NCBI GenBank assembly: GCA_964435145.1
Contig: CAYSYD010000001.1
Coordinates: 1-48,264, forward strand
From: an uncultured Akkermansia sp.
GTDB taxonomy: Bacteria > Verrucomicrobiota > Verrucomicrobiia > Verrucomicrobiales > Akkermansiaceae
Direction: 5' to 3'
Length of the DNA stretch: 48,264 nt
Numbering within the stretch: the stretch's first letter is position 1; each line of letters starts with the position of its first letter. Made by a program: the position numbers and the translations under genes. The notes under the pieces are model-generated. The model had not been told where the DNA came from. It did not search any database and worked only from the letters and a program-made list of their open reading frames with translations. Shown here piece by piece: positions 17,112-25,951 of this stretch.

Positions 17112-19700
17112 ATGAGAATTGCATCCCTACTGCTCTCCCTTTCCACCGTTCTCGTTCTGGGCCCCCCGCAGTTGCTCCATGCCCAGGAAGAGACGGCCGA
17201 TGCCGCTGTGGAGGAAGTGGCTACTGAGGAAATGACCACGGAAGAGACTTCCGCCGAAGAAACCACCACCGAGGAAGAAAGTGCCGATACCGCCGCCAAG
17301 GATAAAGATAAACCCTTGGACCTTACCCCCACGCTAAAGGCGGATGGTTCTAAGGTGAACTGGAAAGCTGCCCGTGCGGTGCAACGCAGTGCTGCGGAAG
17401 GCATAATTAAACAAATGAAGGGCAAGTTCGACCCCGCCCGCATGCGTAAAGTTATTGCCAATCCCCGCCAGCGCCTCAACATCACCCGCTATCTGATGGC
17501 TGAGTTCGACAGCCGAGTAACCGCCGCTAAGATGGAGGAAACCAAGCAGCGCGACCAAAAGCTGCTCCAGGAAGCCACCTATGCGCTGGAGCGCGCCAAA
17601 TCCCAAATGAAGGGGCTTAAGGGCGAAGCTAAAGCCAAGCAGGCCGCTGCGGTGAAACAAGCCGAGCGCGATGTGGAATACGCCCAGCGCCAGCTGGAGC
17701 TTCCCTGGACGCTGGCCGAATACGCCGGTACCAAGGGCGGCAGGCAAATGCTCGCCCGCGTCTCCGGGGATTTGGAGTGGATGGAAAACATCTGCCTGAG
17801 CGGCGAATGCCACGCGCCCGCCCGAATCCTCGGCTTTATCGAGGAAATTGCCAAGAACCACCCGGATGCTTTCAAGAACAAGATGGTGCGCGACATCATC
17901 ACCGCCACAGCCATTGAATATGTGCGCTACGGCTGGTACCTGGGCAAAGCTGCCGCCCGTGCCGATTACTTTATCCGCAACTGGAAGGCTAACCGCCTCA
18001 ACGTCATTTTCGATACCATCCCCTTCTGGCAGCGCCGCATAGTGTGCGGTGCTAAGAGTACCTTCTGGCAGGGCAACGACAGCGCCGCCGAGGTGGCCAG
18101 TATGGAATGGGCACTGGATAACGTCCACCTGCCGAACGAGCGCTACACAGGCTGCTGCTGGCGCTGCGGTTATAAACTTTGGAACCTGTACGGCGAGAGT
18201 ATCCACGGCAGTGGCTACCGCGAACCGTTTGAAGAGAACTATTGGAACAACCACCACCAATTCACTCTGGAAGTGGGTGGTGTTTGCGGCGGTCTCTCCC
18301 ACTTTGGTGCCTATGCCGCCGTGGCCAATGGTATTCCCGCCCAAACCATGGGCGAACCCGCTCACTGCGCCTATACCGTGCTGGTAAACGGCGAGTGGGT
18401 AACGGCCTACTCCGTCTTCTGGCAGCACAGCCTGCACCCCCCGCTGCCGGTGGATAACATGTACCGCATCTTCACTGCTCTGGCCATGAGTAACGAGCTT
18501 TATGCCGAGGAAAATAAGGAGGATACCTACAGCTCCCACGCCTACCGCGTGCTGGCCATGTATGCCGCCTCCACCAAGCGCCATAAAGCTGCGGAGGAAT
18601 GCTTCCAATGGTCCATGAGCGCCCAGCCGCTCAACTTCCCCATTTGGCGCGAATACACCAACTACCTGCGCGAAACGAAGCCGGGGGATTTGAAGCGTTG
18701 GATTGCCGTGCAGGATAAACTTTGCTACCACATGGCCTCCCGCTACCCGGAAATTGCAGGCATCTTCCTGCGCACCTATGTGTACCCGGATTTGCTGAAG
18801 GCCAAGCCCACGCGCAAGCAACTGCTGGCCTGCTACCACGCCTTCTGGGATTCCGTGCGCGACCGCGGCCCGGAGCGTTGGGATGTGGAGGGCTTGGCGG
18901 ATATGCAAATCGCTATGCTGGGCGGGAGCGATAAAGTGCCGAGCGGGGAAAATCCCCCGCCGCCGGATAAAAAAAACCTGCTCTCCGTGTATTCCATCCT
19001 CATGAGCAACATCACCTCCAAGGCATGGTACACGCCCATCGTCACGGCCTGGGCAAATGCCCATGCGGATGCCTGCGGCGGCAGCGCGGCCAAGGATATG
19101 CTGGCCGTATCGGAGGTATTCAGCAATACCGGGTTGAACAGCATGGAAGGTAAGGACCGCACCGTTATCAACCGCCAGATGATTCTCTCTGCGGAGAAGG
19201 CAAAGGACATCGCCTCTTTCCAGCGTGTGGGTAAACGTGCCGCAGAGGATGTAACCGCTCCCCAGATGCCGGAATTCGAAGGATTCGACGGCGAACTCCT
19301 CTCTGCGGGCGGTCTCATCTACGGCAGCACCACCTGCGGCCACGATGACCCGAACGAACACTGGGGGCTCCTGCAAAAATGCGGTGGCCGCATCCACACG
19401 GATAAGGAGGAGAACCCCTGGGTAGCCGTCATGCTCCCACGAGATTGCTTCGTCTCCGGCGTAGTGGTCGTTACCACCAGCGGCAACATGTACCGCATGA
19501 AGGATATGGAAATCCAAGTTTCCGACACCGGTAACGATAACAGCTGGCGAACCGTGGGCAATGTGAACGGAGAGCCGCAACGCGTCAACCGCATCGAAAT
19601 TCAGGAAACCAAGGCACGTTACATCCGCGTGCGCCGCAAAGGCGGGCCGGAGTTCTTCCACCTCAACGGCATCTATGTATACGGCCGTAAGGCAGCCTAA
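17112..19700 (+). CDS. Large secreted protein: transglutaminase/papain-like Cys-His core plus C-terminal discoidin (F5/8C, CBM32-like) domain
   Basis: Signal peptide, acidic linker, GGVCGGLSHF...GIPA...PAHCAY...GEWV; C-terminal HTDKEENPWVAV, IQVSD..W, ARYIRV, FHLNGIYVYG. Confidence 0.7.
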   Translation: MRIASLLLSLSTVLVLGPPQLLHAQEETADAAVEEVATEEMTTEETSAEETTTEEESADTAAKDKDKPLDLTPTLKADGSKVNWKAARAVQRSAAEGIIKQMKGKFDPARMRKVIANPRQRLNITRYLMAEFDSRVTAAKMEETKQRDQKLLQEATYALERAKSQMKGLKGEAKAKQAAAVKQAERDVEYAQRQLELPWTLAEYAGTKGGRQMLARVSGDLEWMENICLSGECHAPARILGFIEEIAKNHPDAFKNKMVRDIITATAIEYVRYGWYLGKAAARADYFIRNWKANRLNVIFDTIPFWQRRIVCGAKSTFWQGNDSAAEVASMEWALDNVHLPNERYTGCCWRCGYKLWNLYGESIHGSGYREPFEENYWNNHHQFTLEVGGVCGGLSHFGAYAAVANGIPAQTMGEPAHCAYTVLVNGEWVTAYSVFWQHSLHPPLPVDNMYRIFTALAMSNELYAEENKEDTYSSHAYRVLAMYAASTKRHKAAEECFQWSMSAQPLNFPIWREYTNYLRETKPGDLKRWIAVQDKLCYHMASRYPEIAGIFLRTYVYPDLLKAKPTRKQLLACYHAFWDSVRDRGPERWDVEGLADMQIAMLGGSDKVPSGENPPPPDKKNLLSVYSILMSNITSKAWYTPIVTAWANAHADACGGSAAKDMLAVSEVFSNTGLNSMEGKDRTVINRQMILSAEKAKDIASFQRVGKRAAEDVTAPQMPEFEGFDGELLSAGGLIYGSTTCGHDDPNEHWGLLQKCGGRIHTDKEENPWVAVMLPRDCFVSGVVVVTTSGNMYRMKDMEIQVSDTGNDNSWRTVGNVNGEPQRVNRIEIQETKARYIRVRRKGGPEFFHLNGIYVYGRKAA

Positions 19701-19733
19701 CCCACCCCCGGTCCATTTAAGAAAAACGCATTT

Positions 19734-20981
19734 ATGAAAACGAGAACCCTTCTGCTCCTTTCCCTGCTGGCCGGAATCGGCATGCCGGTGGGGAGCCTCC
19801 CCGTGCAGGCCGCGCAAGTAGTGGCCAATTATGCCGAAGCAGAACCCAAGGCAGGTAAGGATGGATACATCGTCTTTGTCCACAGCGGCGGCTGGGATAA
19901 ATTCAGCATCGAGCTGTGCAACAAACTCATCAAATCCCCGTCCATAGCCACAGCAGCGGGGGAAGCCATCATGTTCACCGCGCCCTTCCACCAAAATGCT
20001 AACGAGAAGCAAAGCGCCGAACAAAACACCGCATGGGGCTCACTCTCCCTGCCGGATGGATTCTCGGATGAGACCTACCCCTGCCTCCTGATGTACGATA
20101 AGGAGGGGCGCTTGTACGCCCGCGTGCAAGGCCCCCTCGTACTGCGCGGCACGGAGGAGGACATTGCCGCCGCCGTCAAAACACGCATGGACGCCCTGCA
20201 CAAACAGCAGGAAATCATGGCGCGTGCCGAGGCTGCCAGCGGCGTGGAACAGGCCAAACTCATCGGCGAGGCATGCGCCGTACCCGGCATTGAATGGCCG
20301 AAGGACGCCCTCAAGCGCGTTAAAGCCGTAGATGGCTCCGATGCCTCCGGCATGGTGCGCCGCCTGAGCTTTAACCCCTGGGCCTATGCGGAGGAAACCC
20401 GCGAGATGCCCCTGAGCCAAGGTATTGCCGAAATGGAGCGCCGCTTGGCGGACGATGCCTATACCAACGAGCAAAAGCAGGTTTTCTGCTCCATAGCCAT
20501 CGGCCTGCTGCACCGCCAAGGCACGTACGATGACTGGTGTACCAAAATCCGCAGTTATGCCGCCCGCATGAAGGAGCTTGCCCCGGAAACACCGCTGGGG
20601 CGCTCGGCGGATATTGTAGTATCCCGCTGGGGTGGCGCCATGAGCTACTTTAGCGGCTGGTACTCCTACTCCATCCCGCCGGATGGCCGGCCGGTGGAAA
20701 TTATGGGCAAGCTGCCCTTCCATGGTCCCGGCAATTACCAAGTAGCCTTTATGTACGAAGGCGGCCGCCACTCCCTCAAGATTAAATCCGTGGAACTGCG
20801 CGACGGCGACCGCAAAATCTCTACCGATGCACACGATGGCGTGGCCGGAAGAGACCCGAAGGACCACATCTACACCGTACAGCTCAAAGGGAAACCGAAA
20901 AACCTGAAACTCTTTGTCACGCTGGGTAACGGTGCAGAGGAGCGCGATACGCGAGGCCGCATCTTCATTTACAACAAGTAA
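19734..20981 (+). CDS. Secreted hypothetical protein (thioredoxin-like N-terminus without CxxC, helical middle, beta-sandwich C-terminus)
   Basis: Signal peptide; YIVFVHSGGWDKFS, YPCLLMYDKEGRLYA; C-terminal GNYQVAFMYEGGRHSLKIKSVEL..DAHDG. Confidence 0.6.
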   Translation: MKTRTLLLLSLLAGIGMPVGSLPVQAAQVVANYAEAEPKAGKDGYIVFVHSGGWDKFSIELCNKLIKSPSIATAAGEAIMFTAPFHQNANEKQSAEQNTAWGSLSLPDGFSDETYPCLLMYDKEGRLYARVQGPLVLRGTEEDIAAAVKTRMDALHKQQEIMARAEAASGVEQAKLIGEACAVPGIEWPKDALKRVKAVDGSDASGMVRRLSFNPWAYAEETREMPLSQGIAEMERRLADDAYTNEQKQVFCSIAIGLLHRQGTYDDWCTKIRSYAARMKELAPETPLGRSADIVVSRWGGAMSYFSGWYSYSIPPDGRPVEIMGKLPFHGPGNYQVAFMYEGGRHSLKIKSVELRDGDRKISTDAHDGVAGRDPKDHIYTVQLKGKPKNLKLFVTLGNGAEERDTRGRIFIYNK

Positions 20982-20996
20982 TCCCCCTCCCGTGCC

Positions 20997-21440
20997 ATGA
21001 AAAACAAACTCATCTCCACCGGTTGCACAGCCTTGGCACTGCTGCTACTTTCCGGCTGCACGCAAGAGTATGGCTCCGTTAATCCCGAGGCCATTCAGGA
21101 AACCCTGAATACTTCCCGCATGGCCGTAACCCCCTACCAACCGGCATGGCTTATGGAGAAGGGGGATATGGCTCCTCTGGCAGAAACGGATTTGCAGCAA
21201 GTGCGCACCCTCCTGCAAGAAGGCAGCCCCCGGCGCGTGCCGGACGTGGCTTACCAAACGGACGATGCAGCCGACCCGCTGGCACAAAACCGCTTCTACC
21301 TTTACGGCAGCAATGCGCAGTGCCTGGGTGCCACGCTGCTGGAGGAACGCGTGGTGATGCACGATATCGAACTGCCGGAAGAAACAGAGAAAAAACTCTA
21401 CCAAGTCCTGCGGCCCTACATCGACCGCATCTTCCGCTAA
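20997..21440 (+). CDS. Hypothetical lipoprotein
   Basis: MKNK...LLLLSGC lipobox; close spacing with both neighbours. Confidence 0.75.
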   Translation: MKNKLISTGCTALALLLLSGCTQEYGSVNPEAIQETLNTSRMAVTPYQPAWLMEKGDMAPLAETDLQQVRTLLQEGSPRRVPDVAYQTDDAADPLAQNRFYLYGSNAQCLGATLLEERVVMHDIELPEETEKKLYQVLRPYIDRIFR

Positions 21441-21446
21441 GCCGCT

Positions 21447-21992
21447 ATGATACCCCCTTGGGAGCAGCTGGATGCCGCCGCTGCCGAGCTACGGCAAATG
21501 CAAGCCTGCATTCGCGGCAGCGTGCATCCCGGGGCGCACATTCTGGGAATACTGGAGCTGGGGGAGGGCTCGGAAATCCTCCCCGGCACTGTTATTGAAG
21601 GTCATGTACGCATTGGCCGCCACTGCCGCATCGGCCCGAATGCATACCTGCGCGGCACCACTGCCGTGGGGGATGGCTGCATTATCGGCAATGCCGTAGA
21701 AATCAAAAGCAGCCTGCTGGGAAACCAGGTGTTTGTATCCCATCTCACCTATATTGGCGATTCCCTGCTGGGGGATGATATCAACGTGGGTGGCGGCTGC
21801 ATCTTCAGCAACTTCCGGCACGATGCCGGGGAAATCCGCATGCCATGGCAAGGTATGCTCCGCCCCACCGGCCGCAATAAACTTGGCTGCTGCATCGGTA
21901 GCCACTGCCGCATCGGCGCGCGCTGTGTCATCCTACCCGGGCGCGTTCTCCCCCCCGGCATGTGGACCCTGCCCGGAGAGGTAGTACGCTAA
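21447..21992 (+). CDS. Left-handed beta-helix acyltransferase, resembling the archaeal-type GlmU acetyltransferase domain
   Basis: Hexapeptide repeats, IGPNAYLR, IGNAVEIKSS, HLTYIGDS, NFRHD, TGRNKLG. Confidence 0.8.
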   Translation: MIPPWEQLDAAAAELRQMQACIRGSVHPGAHILGILELGEGSEILPGTVIEGHVRIGRHCRIGPNAYLRGTTAVGDGCIIGNAVEIKSSLLGNQVFVSHLTYIGDSLLGDDINVGGGCIFSNFRHDAGEIRMPWQGMLRPTGRNKLGCCIGSHCRIGARCVILPGRVLPPGMWTLPGEVVR

Positions 21993-22078
21993 AAAAGCCC
22001 CCGCCCCGTAATCCGTGCCATTGTAGCTGAAGCGGACGGTATAGAGGGGAAACAAAGAGGCGAAAAAGTAAAAACGAA

Positions 22079-22107
22079 TTGCAAATACTCGCCATTCCTG
22101 CTAGACT
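22079..22107 (+). promoter_or_regulatory. Sigma70 promoter of the Sel1 gene
   Basis: TTGCAA-N17-TAGACT; the ORF-track TTG start at 22079 coincides with the -35 box. Confidence 0.65.
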
Positions 22108-22129
22108 CTGCTTAACCTCTGAGCAGCAT

Positions 22130-23263
22130 ATGGACAATTCCCTTACTACCCCCGATTCTCCCATGGAAACAGCCGCACATGATACAGCAGAAGCTAATGA
22201 TATATCCAGCGTGGTGGAATTGTTCCGCCGGGCAGAGGAGCAAAAGGACGCCGCCGCACAATACCACTTGGGCGAATGCTATGCCAAGGGGCGGGGAGTG
22301 GAGCAGGATTTCGAGCTGGCAATGGTGTGGTTCCGCAAAGCGGCAGCGCAAGGCTACGCCCCTGCACAATACTACTTGGGCGAATGCTATGCCGAGGGGC
22401 GAGTCGTAAAGCAGGATTACAAGCAGGCGGTGGCATGGTTCCGCAAAGCGGCAGAGCAAGGCTACGCCCCTGCGCAATACTACTTGGGCGAATGCTATGC
22501 CAAGGGACGAGGTGTGGAGCAGGATTTCGAGCAGGCGATGGTGTGGTTCCGCAAAGCGGCAGCGCAAGGGCTTGCGGAGGCACAGAATAATCTGGGGATG
22601 TGCTATTACCAAGGCCACGGCGCGGAGCAGGATTACGGGCAGGCGGTGGCATGGTTCCTCAAAGCGGCAGCGCAAGCAAAGAGCAGCCCCTCCCCCGGTA
22701 TGTGCCACGAGGAAGCCCCGGAAACGGAGGAGGAGGAGAACATTCCCGAAGCGGACTATCCGGGGGAGAACGATGCCGAGGAGGAGCATGATTACACCCA
22801 AACAGTGGAATGGTTCCGCAAAGCGGCAGAGCAAGGGCATGCGGAGGCACAGAATAATCTGGGGATGTGCTATTACCAAGGCCACGGCGTGGAGCAGGAT
22901 TACGGGCAAGCGGTGGAATGGTTCCGCAAAGCGGCAGAGCAAGGGCATGCGGAGGCACAGAATAATCTGGGGATGTGCTATTACCAAGGCCACGGCGTGG
23001 AGCAGGATTACAGGCAGGCGGTGGAATGGTTCCGCAAAGCGGCAGAGCAGGGGCATGCGGATGCTCAACATAATCTGGGTGTGTGCTACGATAGGGGGCA
23101 CGGCGTAAGACAGGATACCGAACAGGCCGATAGATATTTTCTCCAATCCGCCGCCAGAAACTTCTGTTGGACACCCCGAACCGCAAGCCCCTCCCATTCG
23201 CATAGTCTCCGGCTCCGGGAGCGCATCATCTTCCGGACTCCATTCGCCTTTTGGAGGGGGTAA
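22130..23263 (+). CDS. Sel1-like repeat protein (about 8 repeats)
   Basis: 36-aa units AQxxLGxCYxxGxGVEQDYxQAVxWFRKAAEQG; start moved to ATG 22130, downstream of the promoter. Confidence 0.92.
   Translation: MDNSLTTPDSPMETAAHDTAEANDISSVVELFRRAEEQKDAAAQYHLGECYAKGRGVEQDFELAMVWFRKAAAQGYAPAQYYLGECYAEGRVVKQDYKQAVAWFRKAAEQGYAPAQYYLGECYAKGRGVEQDFEQAMVWFRKAAAQGLAEAQNNLGMCYYQGHGAEQDYGQAVAWFLKAAAQAKSSPSPGMCHEEAPETEEEENIPEADYPGENDAEEEHDYTQTVEWFRKAAEQGHAEAQNNLGMCYYQGHGVEQDYGQAVEWFRKAAEQGHAEAQNNLGMCYYQGHGVEQDYRQAVEWFRKAAEQGHADAQHNLGVCYDRGHGVRQDTEQADRYFLQSAARNFCWTPRTASPSHSHSLRLRERIIFRTPFAFWRG
22805..23061 (+). repeat. Near-identical 108-bp intragenic tandem repeats (Sel1 units)
   Basis: GTGGAATGGTTCCGCAAAGCGGCAGAGCA... 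recurs at 22805, 22913 and 23021. Confidence 0.92.
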
Positions 23264-23287
23264 ACGCCTCTCGTGTGCGCTGCGGTA

Positions 23288-25951
23288 TTAGCCGAGGAGG
23301 CGGAGCAATTCCTGCGGGGAGAGCCGGAGGAGGAGCTTTTCCAAACCGCCGGAGAGGAGGGAATCCGCCATGCTGCGCTTGCGGCTCAGCATGTGGTGGA
23401 TATTCTCCTCCAGAGTGCCGCGGCAGATAAGGGGGTGGATGAGTACCGGGTGTCTTTGGCCGATGCGGTAGGCTCGGTCGCTGGCTTGGTTTTCCACGGC
23501 CGGGTTCCACCAGCGGTCGAAGTGGATGACATGGCGGGCGCGGGTAAGGGTAAGGCCTGTGCCGGCTGCTTTGAGGGAGAGGATAAAGAAGGGGGGGCCC
23601 TGCGGGTGCTGAAAGCACGCCACCATTTCCTGCCGTTCCGCCAAGGGGGTACCGCCGTGCAGCACAAGACCCGAGGTGCCGAAAATGCTTGCAAGAAAAT
23701 CCTGCAAAGCAGGCATGATGCTGCGGTACTGGGTAAAGAGCAGGCAGCTTTCTCCGGCAGCGGCTATAGCGCGCACTAAATGCCCGAGGCGCTGCATTTT
23801 TCCGCTTCGGGCGGGGTCGTAAAACTGTTCGCCAAGGTACTGGGCGGGGTGGTTGCAAATTTGCTTAAGGCGGCTAAGGAGGGGCAGTACCAGTGCAAGG
23901 CGGGTTTGGGGGTCGGGTTCCTGAATAACGGCGCGCAGGGATTCCACCTCGTGGGCGTAAAGGCGCGCTTGCTCCGGGCTGAGGAAGCAATACGCCACTT
24001 GCTCCGTTTTAGGCGGAAGTTCCGGCAGGAGGGTGGCATCCGTTTTGAGGCGCCGGAGCATGAAGGGGCGGATGAGGCGCCGCAGGGGGCTGTAATCCGT
24101 GCCCATACGCTGCACCATGGCGCGGAAATCCGCCTCGCTGCCCAGAAGGCCGGGGCTAAGGAAACGGAAAAGACTATGCACATCCGCAAGGGAATTTTCC
24201 ACCGGGGTGCCGGTGAGTGCCACACGGCGCGGGGAGGCCAGTTGCAGCAGGGCTTGCGTACGCCGGGAAGCCGGATTTTTAATGGCCTGGGCCTCATCCA
24301 GTACAAGGGCAGGTAGTTCTGTGCCGGCCAGCAGGGGGGCGCAGCGGGTGGCCATACCATAGGTGGTGAGCGCCACATGCGCCCGGCGCAGCAGCCATGC
24401 GGGATAGGTATGCAGCAGCTGCGCCTCTTCCCGCCGGAGGGCATCCGGATGCAGGAGGATGGAATTAAGCTGCGGGGCAAAGCGGGCAAGTTCCTCCTGC
24501 CAGTTATGCAGCAGGGAGGCCGGGGCTACGATGAGGGCTGCCCCGGTATCCAATGCTCCCTCGGCATGCAGGTGTGCCAGCCAGGCGATGACTTGGAGGG
24601 TTTTGCCCAGTCCCATATCATCCGCCAGGCAGGCGCCGAATCCGGCCTCCGTGGTACCCAGCAGGAAGCGCACACCATCCAGCTGGTAGGGGCGCAGGGT
24701 ATGAGCCAGGTGTTCCGGCAGGTGGGGTTCTCCGGCGGAGAGGTGCAGATTTTCCAGAGCGCGGCGGAGGGAATCGGCCGGAACGGGGGGCACCTCCTGT
24801 GCTTCCGGCGGTAGGGGGGGCAGGCCTTGGGGCGGGCGCCGAGCCAGCAGCCAGCGCAATCCGGCCAGCAGGGGGATGCCCCCGGCCGCCATGCGGGAGG
24901 CTTGCCGCCAGCTGCAGAGCAGGCGCCGGAGTTTTTCCTTATCCAGCCGCACCCATTCTCCGCGAAAGCGCACAAGGCCATCCTCCCCGGCCAGCAGCTC
25001 CTCCAGCTCTGCCTCGCTAAGGGTGGAATCCCCCAGAACCACGCGTGGGGAAAATCGCAGCAGGGAGTGGATGTGGAGTGCGGGGGCGCGGTCGGGTTTG
25101 CGCTCTTCCCCGGCGGGGGAGAGCTGCACTTGCAGCTCTGCCTTAGGCGGGTGGCTCTTCCATAAATTGACCATTCGCACCTCGATTCCGGCGGCTTCCA
25201 GCAGTGGCAGAGTTTCCAAAAAATCGTACGCCCGGCGGGGGGGCCACGCGCAGGGGCGGTAGATGCTGCCCCCATCGATACATTCTCGCCAGAAGGGGCT
25301 TTCGTTTGCTACCTGCTGCAAGGGGCGCAGCAGGGAGAGCTGCGCGGCATGGTCCTGAGCCAGCAGGCGGGGCAGCATACCCAGCGGCACATGGCGCGGG
25401 CTGCCATCCTGCCCCACGCGGTGTACAAAGGTAGCCAGAAAAGCAAAGGGGGCTTGCTCTGCGGCTTCCCCGGCATTCTCCGCCAGGTGAAAACAGAGCA
25501 TGCCCAGCTGCTGCCAGCCTTCCCCCAAGCGGGAAAGCCATTGCTCCACAGAGAGCTTTTCGCGGGCGGCGCAGGCTTGCAAAGCCGCATCCAAGGAGGC
25601 GCACCATTCCACCAAAAAAGAGGCTTGCACCGCACTGCCTTCCGGCAGCGGCATGGATTCCAGCCAAGCAGCTGCCTCCGCCGGGGTGGGGGGCAGTGCT
25701 GCCGCCGCCTCCGCCGGGGAATCCCCACGGCGCAGGCAGCGCAAATACAGCATCACGCGTTCCTGCGTGCGCTGCCGCAGCCATGCCAGCACGGGTGCCG
25801 CGCCCACGGGGAGCCCATGGCGCAGTAAATCCAGCATGCCCTCCCCTGCACTGCGGGCAAAGGCACGCTCCAGGCGCGGCAGCACCCCGGCGGGGACGAT
25901 GCGCGGCGCGGAGGAGCCTGCGGGCAGGGAAAGGGTTAGCAGCGGGCTCAT
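23288..25951 (-). CDS. SNF2/SWI2-family helicase
   Basis: LRPYQ, LADDMGLGKT, DEAQ, LTGTPVEN, HFDRWWNPAVENQASDRAYRIGQ; probable start MSPLL at 25951 overlaps the M16 stop codon (ATGA). Confidence 0.93.
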   Translation of the reverse strand: MSPLLTLSLPAGSSAPRIVPAGVLPRLERAFARSAGEGMLDLLRHGLPVGAAPVLAWLRQRTQERVMLYLRCLRRGDSPAEAAAALPPTPAEAAAWLESMPLPEGSAVQASFLVEWCASLDAALQACAAREKLSVEQWLSRLGEGWQQLGMLCFHLAENAGEAAEQAPFAFLATFVHRVGQDGSPRHVPLGMLPRLLAQDHAAQLSLLRPLQQVANESPFWRECIDGGSIYRPCAWPPRRAYDFLETLPLLEAAGIEVRMVNLWKSHPPKAELQVQLSPAGEERKPDRAPALHIHSLLRFSPRVVLGDSTLSEAELEELLAGEDGLVRFRGEWVRLDKEKLRRLLCSWRQASRMAAGGIPLLAGLRWLLARRPPQGLPPLPPEAQEVPPVPADSLRRALENLHLSAGEPHLPEHLAHTLRPYQLDGVRFLLGTTEAGFGACLADDMGLGKTLQVIAWLAHLHAEGALDTGAALIVAPASLLHNWQEELARFAPQLNSILLHPDALRREEAQLLHTYPAWLLRRAHVALTTYGMATRCAPLLAGTELPALVLDEAQAIKNPASRRTQALLQLASPRRVALTGTPVENSLADVHSLFRFLSPGLLGSEADFRAMVQRMGTDYSPLRRLIRPFMLRRLKTDATLLPELPPKTEQVAYCFLSPEQARLYAHEVESLRAVIQEPDPQTRLALVLPLLSRLKQICNHPAQYLGEQFYDPARSGKMQRLGHLVRAIAAAGESCLLFTQYRSIMPALQDFLASIFGTSGLVLHGGTPLAERQEMVACFQHPQGPPFFILSLKAAGTGLTLTRARHVIHFDRWWNPAVENQASDRAYRIGQRHPVLIHPLICRGTLEENIHHMLSRKRSMADSLLSGGLEKLLLRLSPQELLRLLG

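Noticed and set aside
72..20024. Long antisense ORFs (600, 668, 508, 520, 724 and 896 aa, among others)
   Set aside because: They mirror well-supported genes on the opposite strand, have no recognisable motifs, and are expected shadows in GC-rich DNA.
22250..23100. Regular repeats as a possible CRISPR array
   Set aside because: In-frame 108-bp Sel1 coding units with no unique spacers and no cas genes.
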